NCBI GenBank assembly: GCA_965263355.1
Contig: CBDHHL010000032.1
Span: 2,208,001 to 2,272,000 of the forward strand
From: Leptolyngbyaceae cyanobacterium
Lineage (GTDB): Bacteria > Cyanobacteriota > Cyanobacteriia > Phormidesmidales > Phormidesmidaceae
Reading direction: 5' to 3'
Length of the DNA stretch: 64,000 nt
Shown: positions 20,044 to 28,730 of the stretch, piece by piece
Layout: each line of letters starts with the position of its first letter
Numbering within the stretch: the first letter of the stretch is position 1
The notes under the pieces: model-generated
Told to the model about the DNA's origin: nothing
The model's database searches: none
The model's input: the letters and a program-made list of their open reading frames with translations, nothing else
Made by a program: the position numbers and the translations under genes

Positions 20044-21315
20044 ATGACCATGCCGGACAGTTTCGACGAGTTGAAGCCATATCGTTCGCTACTACTCGCA
20101 TCTGTTCGAGCAAGGGTGCGTGTTAGGCCACTCGTGAACAGAATCCTCGATGACGTACAGACTATCGTCGAGGACGGTACCGCCCTGAACTTTGGCTCGC
20201 GTCTCAATGATTCCGCACAGGGTAGGATCCACGCCGGCTTCCTTCACTATGTGGAGCAGCGGGCACCGGGATGGAGCGCCGAGGGCGTCACTGATACGCT
20301 CAATCAGCTGGTGGTAGTGTGCCGACTACGGAGGTTGGTGGCGTTCTACGTCTCTGACACCCGTATGCGCAAGGCACTCAAGAGCCGATTCGGCGATTCG
20401 ACATTCCCTGGATTCAAGGTGCTAGAGCCAGTACCCCGCGGGCGGCTCAACGCGGCGTTCTTGCAGGGGCCTACTCGAACGCTGTGGCTTTCCGGTCCAC
20501 ACCGTTGCGGCGTGGACGGCGAGGCGGCCACTGCAGAGGTCGCGGACCTTCACGCCGAGGCGCTGCAACACCTACGTAGTCCTAGATGGGTCAAGATTCG
20601 CTACGAATCGGGCCACACCCTGAGCGACGGTGTCATCTTCGAGCAGCGGCACCGCGACATGCCGTTTCAGGGATTCAGCTTTGTCGACGTCTCTGCCTTC
20701 GACGTGAAGAAGGAGAAGCCCAACCCGATCACAGAAGTCGGGACAGGGCAAGACTCGCTGTTCGATTGGACACATCGGTTCTGGCCTAATCTCGACGGCA
20801 CACAGAAATTGCCTGGCGGCTTCTTGATCTCCGACGACGGTACGATGGAAATCGCAGACTTCGTCCACCTCGATCAAACAGATGACGTGCCGGTAGTCTC
20901 GCTAATCCACGTCAAGGCAGCCGGTAGCGATAGCTCGAACCGAGGCATCTCCGTATCTAGTTACGAAGTCGTGACCGGTCAAGCCGTCAAGAATCTGCGC
21001 TTTATGGACCAGCTAATCCTCGCCGACGGGCTGGCCGATGGCCTGGGCAGGGCCATCAGTGGTGTCGCATTCCACGACCGCAACCCGAGCACGAGGCAAG
21101 AGATGATCGACGCTCTTAGAAGCATCGGCTCAAACTACCGCCGGCGAGTCGTGATCGTGCAGCCTCACGTGACCCGTACACGCCACGATGCAGCGCGAGC
21201 CAACCCGGACTCTAGCGACGCGGCACGACTGCGCCAGTTGGACACACTTCTACTCGGCGCAGAAGCCAACGCAAATGCTCTTGGGGCTGAGTTCATGGTG
21301 GTCACATCCGAGTAA
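20044..21315 (+). CDS. High-GC protein with C-terminal PD-(D/E)XK-like nuclease domain; 5' end probably lost
   Basis: LISDDGTMEIADFVHL...LIHVKAA...YEVVTGQAVKNL; the first ~45 codons probably lie in IS110 non-coding DNA; followed by an attC. Confidence 0.55.
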   Translation: MTMPDSFDELKPYRSLLLASVRARVRVRPLVNRILDDVQTIVEDGTALNFGSRLNDSAQGRIHAGFLHYVEQRAPGWSAEGVTDTLNQLVVVCRLRRLVAFYVSDTRMRKALKSRFGDSTFPGFKVLEPVPRGRLNAAFLQGPTRTLWLSGPHRCGVDGEAATAEVADLHAEALQHLRSPRWVKIRYESGHTLSDGVIFEQRHRDMPFQGFSFVDVSAFDVKKEKPNPITEVGTGQDSLFDWTHRFWPNLDGTQKLPGGFLISDDGTMEIADFVHLDQTDDVPVVSLIHVKAAGSDSSNRGISVSSYEVVTGQAVKNLRFMDQLILADGLADGLGRAISGVAFHDRNPSTRQEMIDALRSIGSNYRRRVVIVQPHVTRTRHDAARANPDSSDAARLRQLDTLLLGAEANANALGAEFMVVTSE

Positions 21316-21373
21316 CGCTCCCACAGAAATCCTGAGCTGGTTTGGAGTGGGGGGTGCTCGTCTGCGGGACTCT

Positions 21374-21514
21374 GTCTAACAAGCATTTGAAGCTGACGGC
21401 GGCATTCCTAACGAGTGCAAGCAGAGGATCGGGCGGCAATCGGATTTGAGCAGATTGGCCCTTGCTTGCACCTATATTGGTTGCCGCCGCGGCTTAACTG
21501 CAGCTCCGTTAAAT
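21374..21514 (+). repeat. attC site 3 (canonical, 141 bp)
   Basis: GTCTAAC-AAGCATTTGAAGCTGACGGCGGCA...TGCCGCCGCGGCTTAACTGCAGCTCC-GTTAAAT fits RYYYAAC...GTTRRRY with L boxes. Confidence 0.88.
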
Positions 21515-21544
21515 TACAATACAGAGGATGCCGTACGTGCAAAT

Positions 21545-22912
21545 ATGAAAGACCAATCTGAGCCTCGACAGATTTTCATAAGTTACGCGTCCGCTGACCG
21601 GCATGTGGCGGAGAGAATCAGTACGAAGCTCCGAGAAAGTGGTTTTCGTGTATGGTTTGACCAATGGGAAATTGATTTTGGCGACTCAATAACCGAAAAG
21701 ATTAACGAAGGCATTGAATCCAGTGACCTTATACTGGTTTTGCTTTCTCCTGAGGCAATTGAATCCAAGTGGGTAAAGGATGAATGGACGCAGGATCTAT
21801 CTAGTGAGTTAGACTACCGAGCAATCAACGTTGTCCCGGCTATCATACGAGACTGCGAAGTGCCGGCTCTACTCGCTAATCGCACTTCCCTTGACCTTCG
21901 TGTAGACTTTGAAGCGGGTGTCGAGCTTCTCAAACAGCAACTTGGCGTTGCGGTCACCATTGACTTCAACAAATTATCCTCGCGTGATTTCGAGAACCTA
22001 ATCGCAGATTTGTTAGTGGAACTTGGGTTCGATGTTGATTTGACAACCGCAACGAGTGATAGTGGCATCGACATTATCGCAACACAGAAGCGCGCCGATC
22101 CATTTGGTGGTCAGGTTCTTAACGAACGCTGGATGGTACAAACGAAACTTTACCGCGACAAACGCGTTGGAGTAGCGTTTTTGCGCGAGATCGTAGGCTT
22201 GATGCAAATGCATAAGGAATTCGATCAGGCGCTGATCGTCACAACAGGCCAAATCACTTCCATAGCGCACGAATACCTTGCCTCTCTAACCTCACGCGTC
22301 CGTGTAATCGAGGGCACGGAGTTGCAACGCTTGTTGATGCAGCATCCCGTTGTAGCTAATAAGATGGTCATAATGTCAACATCGACAGCATTGCGCCAAC
22401 GTCTTGGCAATTGCCCTGCGGGAAAAGATGGATGGCGCGAATTTGAGGATGCTTGCGTCGAGGTTCTCACATATCTCTTCGTGCCACCCCTCAACAATCC
22501 TGTTGAACAAGCTCGCTCTTATTCTGGTATCGATCGACGTGATGCAGTATTCCCAAATCGCAATTTTGAGATCACTAACAACTGGGGCCGTCTCTATCGT
22601 GAACTCGGGGCTCGAATGGTGCTCTTTGAATTCAAGAATTACAAAGAAACAGAAATCGGGAAGGAGGAAACAAACCAAACGCGAAACTACCTAACCAAGC
22701 CAATGGGGCGACTTGCTGTTCTTTGCTGCAACAAACTGCCAAATGATGCAGCCCACAGGAAACGTAATTCCATTTACAGTGAAGATGGCAAGGTTATCCT
22801 TTTCATCACCGCAGATGATCTTAAGGAGATGCTTTACATTAAAGACAGAGGTGACGACCCTTCTGATTTCATTATGGATTCTGTGGAGAAGTTCTACATT
22901 CAACACGAATAG
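21545..22912 (+). CDS. TIR domain + Mrr-like REase + second REase-like domain
   Basis: Probable start MKDQSE just after the attC. IFISYASAD...VWFDQWEI...SKWVKDE (TIR_2); DFENLIADLL...DSGIDIIA...VQTKLY (Mrr_cat); EFEDAC...RRDAVF...FEFKNY. Confidence 0.85.
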   Translation: MKDQSEPRQIFISYASADRHVAERISTKLRESGFRVWFDQWEIDFGDSITEKINEGIESSDLILVLLSPEAIESKWVKDEWTQDLSSELDYRAINVVPAIIRDCEVPALLANRTSLDLRVDFEAGVELLKQQLGVAVTIDFNKLSSRDFENLIADLLVELGFDVDLTTATSDSGIDIIATQKRADPFGGQVLNERWMVQTKLYRDKRVGVAFLREIVGLMQMHKEFDQALIVTTGQITSIAHEYLASLTSRVRVIEGTELQRLLMQHPVVANKMVIMSTSTALRQRLGNCPAGKDGWREFEDACVEVLTYLFVPPLNNPVEQARSYSGIDRRDAVFPNRNFEITNNWGRLYRELGARMVLFEFKNYKETEIGKEETNQTRNYLTKPMGRLAVLCCNKLPNDAAHRKRNSIYSEDGKVILFITADDLKEMLYIKDRGDDPSDFIMDSVEKFYIQHE

Positions 22913-22968
22913 CAATGCAATCTAACATAGTCCCTGAGGTGGACATGGAAAACGCCCCTGGCTCTGCA

Positions 22969-23054
22969 GCCTAAACCCTATGCAGGAGCGGACGGAATTT
23001 ACAATCCAGGCATCAATATCAAAATATTGGCCGCCGCTCAGCTCCACGTTCGGC
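22969..23054 (+). repeat. attC-like site 4 (slightly degenerate)
   Basis: GCCTAAAC-CCTATGCAGGAGCGGACGG...GCCGCCGCTCAGCTCCAC-GTTCGGC; a further lone ATCTAAC at 22920. Confidence 0.75.
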
Positions 23055-23602
23055 TGCAATCGAGAAAAGAGACTCTGGAGGAGCCAGATCGGCGGTGGAG
23101 CAATCGCCCGTTGGTCAGTTGAGCGTAATTCAGATATCCCAACTCGCGCTAGGTCCCATAAAGTTGTTGTCGATAGCGTCAGCATACATCTTGTCAACGC
23201 CTGGCCAAGCCTCAAAAGTCCCATTAGCTATCGGCGGTCGATTGCCTCAATATTACGATCGCCAATCGCATTAACGACGAGTGCGCTCGGTGGGTGTGCG
23301 GGGACTGCCAATTGGCTAAGGTTGCATTTTGTCAACGGTTGGTCAGTGGCCAAGGTCCCAATGGATATCGGTGGATCGCCTGGGGTAAATGGTTTTGAGC
23401 GGTTGGTGAATGGGATGGGTTCGAGTTGCGATCGGGGTATCCCACCCATAGATTTCCCCCCGAACCCTCCGTTGGTGAAGACTGAGGTAGAACTATCAGC
23501 TAAACTTGAAACGTGCTGTGCAGCCACAGAAATTCTCTGAGCAGCAAGCGCTGTGTTGAATATTGCGCAAAGATGCTCGATTTCCTTTATGTTCACCACT
23601 GA

Positions 23603-24018
23603 ATGCCTCAATACGATTTTTATCACAACACAGTCAAAATAGCTTTACTGAAGGATGGTTGGATAATCACCGATGATCCATTCACAATCGAATTTGAAGG
23701 TGTACGACTCTATGCTGATTTAGGCGCTGAAAAACTTTTCTCTGCTGAAAAATCAGATCTTAAAATAGCAGTAGAAGTTAAGGTATTTGCGGGTCCATCG
23801 CTGATTACAGATTTGCAAAAACGGTGGGTCAATATGGCATTTACCGTAGCTTTTTGAGTCGTACTGAACCTGAACGCCAGTTATTTCTGGCAATCGCACA
23901 AGATATTTATCAAGATTTCTTTGAGCGTCCAGCTATCCAAGCAATCGTTGATGATTATCAGATTCAGTTGCTTATATTCGAGCCTAAGTCGGAGGAAGTT
24001 GTTGAATGGATAAACTAA
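23603..24018 (+). pseudogene. xisH: XisH-family protein, frameshifted
   Basis: ALLKDGWIITDDP, DLGAEK, IAVEVKVF in one frame and GQYGIYR...LFLAI in another; break near 23820. Confidence 0.85.
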
Positions 24019-24341
24019 CGCATTACAGACAAGTCATTAATGGCGTGATTAGCAATCATGCTAAGTATCGGCCTAGTCATGGTCAAATTGAAACATTGCC
24101 ACTTTGTGATGTCCACAACGATAACTATTTACTTCTTGATCTAGGTTGGGATAAGACAGGTCGTGTTCATTCAGTCGCTATTCATATCCGGTTAAAAGCA
24201 GACAAAATTTGGATTGAATGGGATGGTACTGAGACTGGCATTACTGATGAACTCTTGGTAGCAGGTATTGCTAAAGAAGATATTGTCTTAGGTTTCTATC
24301 GACCTGAAAGGCGAGAAATTACGGGCTTTGCTGTTGCTTAA
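24006..24341 (+). CDS. xisI: XisI-family protein
   Basis: MDKLTHYR, GWDKTGRVH, KIWIEWDGTETGI, GIAKEDIVLGF. Confidence 0.92.
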   Translation: MDKLTHYRQVINGVISNHAKYRPSHGQIETLPLCDVHNDNYLLLDLGWDKTGRVHSVAIHIRLKADKIWIEWDGTETGITDELLVAGIAKEDIVLGFYRPERREITGFAVA

Positions 24342-24376
24342 TCGTTTTGGTGACCAGCACCATTTTCATACTTGTC

Positions 24377-24450
24377 GCCTAACCCTACGCAGGAGCGGAC
24401 GGAGGGTAAAATTTAGGTGGCGATGCAAAGTTTCTGACCGCCGCTCAGCT
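24377..24450 (+). repeat. attC-like site 5 (R' box deleted)
   Basis: GCCTAAC-CCTACGCAGGAGCGGACGG...GACCGCCGCTCAGCT joined directly to GCAATCGAG. Confidence 0.75.
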
Positions 24451-24594
24451 GCAATCGAGAAAAGAAATGTTGTCGAGGGTCAGATCGGTGGTGGTGCAAT
24501 CGCCCGTTGCTCAGTTGCGCGTAGTACAGGTATCCCAAAACATGACAGGTCCCACAAAGTTACCGTCGATAGCGTCAGCATACATCTTGTCAAC

Positions 24595-24779
24595 TATGAC
24601 ATTTCTGTCCGTCGGCTCACAGGTTTGCCGCTGGCTTCCCTTAGACCCCTCCTCGCGGAGACGCCCTTGCCTTAAGCTAGTAGTTGCTGTCACTCGGCTC
24701 CTATAACTTTCGAGCATTTGGACTTGATCCTCCTACAGGGGACTTTCACCCCATTAGTTCACGCCCATGCTGGGCGTAC
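24595..24779 (-). mobile_element. 5' remnant (domain I) of a group IIC intron inserted in attC 6
   Basis: Minus strand reads GTACGCCCAGCATGGGCGTGAACTAATGGGGTGAAAGTCCCC...GGCAAGGGCGTCTCCGCGAGGAGGGGTCTAAGGGAAGCC, like class C intron 5' ends; no RT ORF or domain V seen. Confidence 0.75.
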
Positions 24780-24858
24780 ACCCTACGCAGGAGCGGACGG
24801 ATTGAAAAATCAGACAATAATCAATAAACGCTGACCGCCGCTCAGCTTCCCGTTGGGA
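24780..24858 (+). repeat. attC-like site 6 (R'' cut by the intron)
   Basis: AC-CCTACGCAGGAGCGGACGG...GACCGCCGCTCAGCTTCCC-GTTGGGA. Confidence 0.78.
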
Positions 24859-24939
24859 ATCGCATCCTAAGACACTCCAAATAATTATTTGGGTATAATG
24901 CAGATGAACTATCACTATAGTTGATAGCTATTTATACCT

Positions 24940-25077
24940 ATGACTGAACTCCTCCAACAGGCAATTGCAGAAGTTTCAAAGCTGTCTGACGAACAGCAAG
25001 ATGCGATCGCAGCCCGACTCCTAGCTGAGTTAGAGGACGAGCAGGCTTGGCAGAAACGCTTTGAGGCCACCACAGAT
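24940..25077 (+). pseudogene. Truncated antitoxin-like cassette gene
   Basis: Manual translation MTELLQQAIAEVSKLSDEQQDAIAARLLAELEDEQAWQKRFEATTD; TATAAT at ~24894; ends where the ISAzo13 DNA begins. Confidence 0.6.
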
Positions 25078-25131
25078 ACCCAATTATCAGTGTCAGGATA
25101 AACTGAAACAGAGAGCATTTATGACAAGTTA

Positions 25132-26102
25132 ATGGTGAACACCTACCCTCCGGAAATAGAGACCCAGATGCAACGCTACTATGCCTCACTGTCAGAGAAA
25201 GAGCGCAGACGGTATGCCGGGATAGAAGCGGTGAAGCTGGGCCATGGTGGCATCAGCTACATCAGTCGAGTGCTGAGCTGTGACCATAAGACGATTAAAT
25301 TTGGGATGTCAGAATTGGCCGGGGATATGGAGCTGAATGCAGGGGGTATTCGTCGGGCAGGCGGGGGTCGGAAATCGGCCTTTGAAACGATTGAAGGCCT
25401 GGACGAGGCCTTTTTAAGAGTCGTCTCTCCCCATACGGCAGGCTCCCCGATGGATGAGCGGATCAAATGGACGAATCTGAGCCGTCCTAAAATTGCAGAA
25501 TTGCTTGCCGACGACGGCATTCGTGTGAGTGTGACCGTGGTGGACCAACTGTTGAAAAAGCACAACTATCGTCGTCGTCAAATGCGCAAAACCCGAGCAA
25601 CGGGCAGCCATCCCCAGCGTAATGCGCAATTTGAGAATATCGACCAGTTGCGCCAACACTACGAAGCCGATGGCAATCCCGTGATGAGTGTCGATACAAA
25701 AAAAAAGAATTGATTGGTCCGTTCTATCGAGCAGGCTACACCTACAACACCGAAGTGATAGACGTCTATGACCATGATTGGCAATCGTTGGCGGAGGGGA
25801 TAGCCGTTCCTCATGGTCTCTACGATTTGCGCCAAAACAAGGGCTATATTCAGATTGGGACCAGTCGAGATACCACTGAATTTGCCTGTGATTCCATCTA
25901 CCACTGGTGGATGCACCATGGCCGGTACGACTATCCTAATGCCACCTCTATCTTGCTTCTGTGTGATGGTGGTAGCAGTAACGGTGCGCGCTATTATATC
26001 TTTGAGTGACTTCATGGCTAAAGCCACGACTCAGACAGGCCTCAAGGTAGTCACAACTATCATTGATGCTGTGTACGAGACCGGCAGAAAAGCGACTAAG
26101 GC
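25132..26102 (+). pseudogene. ISAzo13-family transposase remnant
   Basis: LSEKERRRYAG, IRRAGGGRK, GSPM...WT, RNAQF, SVDTKKK on an A9 slippery run, VYDHDW, LLLCDGGSSN. Internal deletion near 26005; 3' end missing. Confidence 0.88.
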
Positions 26103-26241
26103 GGGACTGGTTCCGCCTGATGGGATGATTCAGCCAAAATGCTTGTAATGCAAGGGATACAGACGTTTTAGAAGAAGCTCGCTCAAATCGTTACTCTATA
26201 GGCCTTTCAGGCATTTTTCCCATTACACGGAACCAGTGCCC
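26103..26241. mobile_element. Small MITE-like element (139 bp)
   Basis: IRs GGG-ACTGGTTCCG and CGGAACCAGT-GCCC (10-bp perfect core); starts where the ISAzo13 homology stops. Confidence 0.55.
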
Positions 26242-26315
26242 GGGGTTCGGAGTTCAGAATACCCTCCCCCTTCTGACTTCCGCATGCAGTCCTAGTCGAG
26301 ATTTCCCAGCTTAAG

Positions 26316-27677
26316 TCAATTAACCATATCAGCGGCGATCCGATTGCAACTTTCTACGAGCATTGCTAGTTCTACGGTAGTTAGGCGGCCTTGATCGATC
26401 ACCTTCTTACCATTGATAAAGCTATAGTCCACTGTAGGGGGCTGACAAAAAATCAGAGCAGCCACCACATCATGGTGGCTGCCCACAAAGGCAGGGGTAT
26501 CCAGGTTAAACGCAATAAAGTCTGCTGACATACCAGGGGCGAGATAGCCAATATCGTCGCGCCCTAGTACCTGGGCTCCACCTCGGGTAGCTAGTTCCAA
26601 CGTTTCACGGGCAGTAATTGCTGCAGCAGACTGATCTCGCACCCGTGCCAACAAAAAGGCCGTACGGGCTTCCTGTAACAGATTACTGGCATCATTAGAT
26701 GCCGCACCATCAACACCGATCCCAACATTAACCCCAGCCGATAACAGTTTTCTTACTGGGGCGATACCGCTGGCCAGTCGCATGTTACTGCAGGGACAAT
26801 GGGCCACTCCAGTATGGGTATGGGCAAATTTTTGAATAGTTGCATCGTTTAGCTGAACGCAGTGGGCATGCCACACATCTTCCCCCAGCCAGCCCAATGA
26901 TTCAGCATAGTCGCCAGGTCTAAGGCCAAATTTCTCTAAACTGTAGTCCACATCGCTTTTGTTTTCCGCCAGGTGAGTGTGCAAACGCACCCCTGAATAG
27001 CTGCGGGCCAGGGCAGCCGACTCACGCATGAGATCGGGCGAAACTGAAAATGGAGAACAGGGGGCCAACACCATGCGCAACATAGAATGTCGGCTGTTGT
27101 CATGGTATGTTTCGATCAGTCGCTGAGAGTCTTTGAGAATATCCGCTTCCACTTCCACTAGATGATCTGGCGGCAGTCCTCCCTGACTTTCGCCAACGCT
27201 CATGCTGCCGCGACTGGCATGGAACCGTAGACCAATATCCTGCACCCCACGAATCTCATCATCAAGGTTGCAATCATTGGGAAAAATGTAAAGATGATCG
27301 CTGCTCGTAGTACAGCCTGACAGCATCAGCTCAGCTGCTGCCATCTGAGCACTGGCATAGATAGCCTCACTGGTGAGGTTAGCCCAGATAGGATAAAGTG
27401 TCTGCAGCCAGTTAAACAGGTCGCAATCTTGGGCAGCGGGTATGGCCCGAGTCAGCGTTTGATAAAAGTGATGGTGGGTGTTGACTAGGCCTGGTAGAAC
27501 AATGTATCGATTTTGCAGATCGAGGACCTCGTTGGCAGCGATCTTACCCATCTCTTCCGTTCGTCCCACCTGTTGAATCACATTATTATCGACCAACAAT
27601 GCCCCATCCCGAATCTCTCGCCGCTGCTCGTCCATCGTGACCAGCGTATGGATATGTTTAACCAGTAGAGTACTCAT
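26316..27677 (-). CDS. 8-oxoguanine deaminase-like amidohydrolase
   Basis: PGLVNTHHHFYQTLTR, APCSPFSVS, HTHLAE, HCPCSNMRLASG, GVDGAASND. Confidence 0.9.
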   Translation of the reverse strand: MSTLLVKHIHTLVTMDEQRREIRDGALLVDNNVIQQVGRTEEMGKIAANEVLDLQNRYIVLPGLVNTHHHFYQTLTRAIPAAQDCDLFNWLQTLYPIWANLTSEAIYASAQMAAAELMLSGCTTSSDHLYIFPNDCNLDDEIRGVQDIGLRFHASRGSMSVGESQGGLPPDHLVEVEADILKDSQRLIETYHDNSRHSMLRMVLAPCSPFSVSPDLMRESAALARSYSGVRLHTHLAENKSDVDYSLEKFGLRPGDYAESLGWLGEDVWHAHCVQLNDATIQKFAHTHTGVAHCPCSNMRLASGIAPVRKLLSAGVNVGIGVDGAASNDASNLLQEARTAFLLARVRDQSAAAITARETLELATRGGAQVLGRDDIGYLAPGMSADFIAFNLDTPAFVGSHHDVVAALIFCQPPTVDYSFINGKKVIDQGRLTTVELAMLVESCNRIAADMVN

Positions 27678-27785
27678 GATTGACTGTATACAGAAGAACG
27701 CTTTTTGTATGATAGTTGACTTTCAATGTTAGTTAGACACACGTAGTGCAGCCATTGAAAAAAGAAATAGAGCGAGGACAAAACG

Positions 27786-28031
27786 GTGAGTGAACAAGAA
27801 GGATTTATACAATATCCAGATGAAACCGTGGGAGATGTGCCCCCTGAACCTGCGATCGCGACCCCGGTAGATTTAATTTATGGCTTAGAGGCGAAGCCAC
27901 CCCTACAGGACACGCTCTTTGCAGCAGTACAGCACATACTCGCTAGTTTTGTTGGAATTATCACACCGTCACTCATTATTGGCGATATATTACCTCTGTT
28001 ATCATCAGGCAGATCCTCAAGCTTGAACTAA
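27786..28031 (+). pseudogene. N-terminal fragment of a xanthine/uracil (NCS2) permease
   Basis: [10 protein letters not shown]...[21 protein letters not shown] then an abrupt end; such permeases are normally over 400 aa. Confidence 0.75.
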
Positions 28032-28730
28032 ACTCTGCTCCGTTGCAAAACAAGATTCAATCAAGAGGATCTGTTCCATTCACGTGAAAATTTTATCTCT
28101 GGTTATAACTCACCACCCGAATCAGGCTGGGGCCCAATTGAATATCCATCGCCCCGCCCTCCTTCAAAACCATTATCCCGAGCAATAGTATCGAAACCAC
28201 GATTAAGGGTAATACTGTATGTGTAGTTTGACGCATGTTACCTGTGTGATGAACTACATCGACAGGCTGTTGCTGGAACCAACGGCCTGTCACTATCTAA
28301 TTTCATCCCTATTAACGCGTAAGTGAAATCTCCCTGACAACTGTTGCAATTACAGAGACCTCCGTTGAACGCTTCAATATTTCTGCAGATAGATGTCCGT
28401 AGTGCCACTTATAAACCAGCACACCTTGATGTATCAATTCCTCTAAAATAGTAAGTCTATCTCCTTAGTTTCCAGGAGTTGATAGATCGGCTACGTAATT
28501 CTACAACAACTAGAAATGACCCAATGGCAGGCAGAAAAAAGACTCGTTAACCCTCAAAAAAAACTTGGCAATGTAAAGCATTATGTAGCAATGCCCTAGA
28601 AAAAGCTCTAAATGCTAATAAACCATTGATACCTAACAATATTAGTTGGTTTTACTCAGGTTAAGTATCTGCTTGGCCTCAAAGTCGCAGGCTAATCGGC
28701 TCAAAACCTGCTCACCACTTACCCCAGACC

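Larger units (their letters stand above)
8238..26260. mobile_element. Degenerate genomic island adjacent to tRNA-Val (right boundary approximate)
   Basis: Integrase next to tRNA, defence genes, IS remnants and strong GC swings; housekeeping-type genes resume at 26316. No attR copy of the tRNA 3' end was found by eye. Confidence 0.65.

Noticed and set aside
22922..23626. ORFs 22980-23540, 23228-23626 and 22922-23224, and similarly 24328-24717
   Set aside because: They overlap attC sites and the repeated leader, show no protein motifs, and their frames are not kept between the two repeat copies.
18411..24858. attC-family repeats read as CRISPR repeats or simple terminators
   Set aside because: They are separated by whole genes, have variable centres inside paired arms, carry AAC/GTT core boxes and lack U tails.
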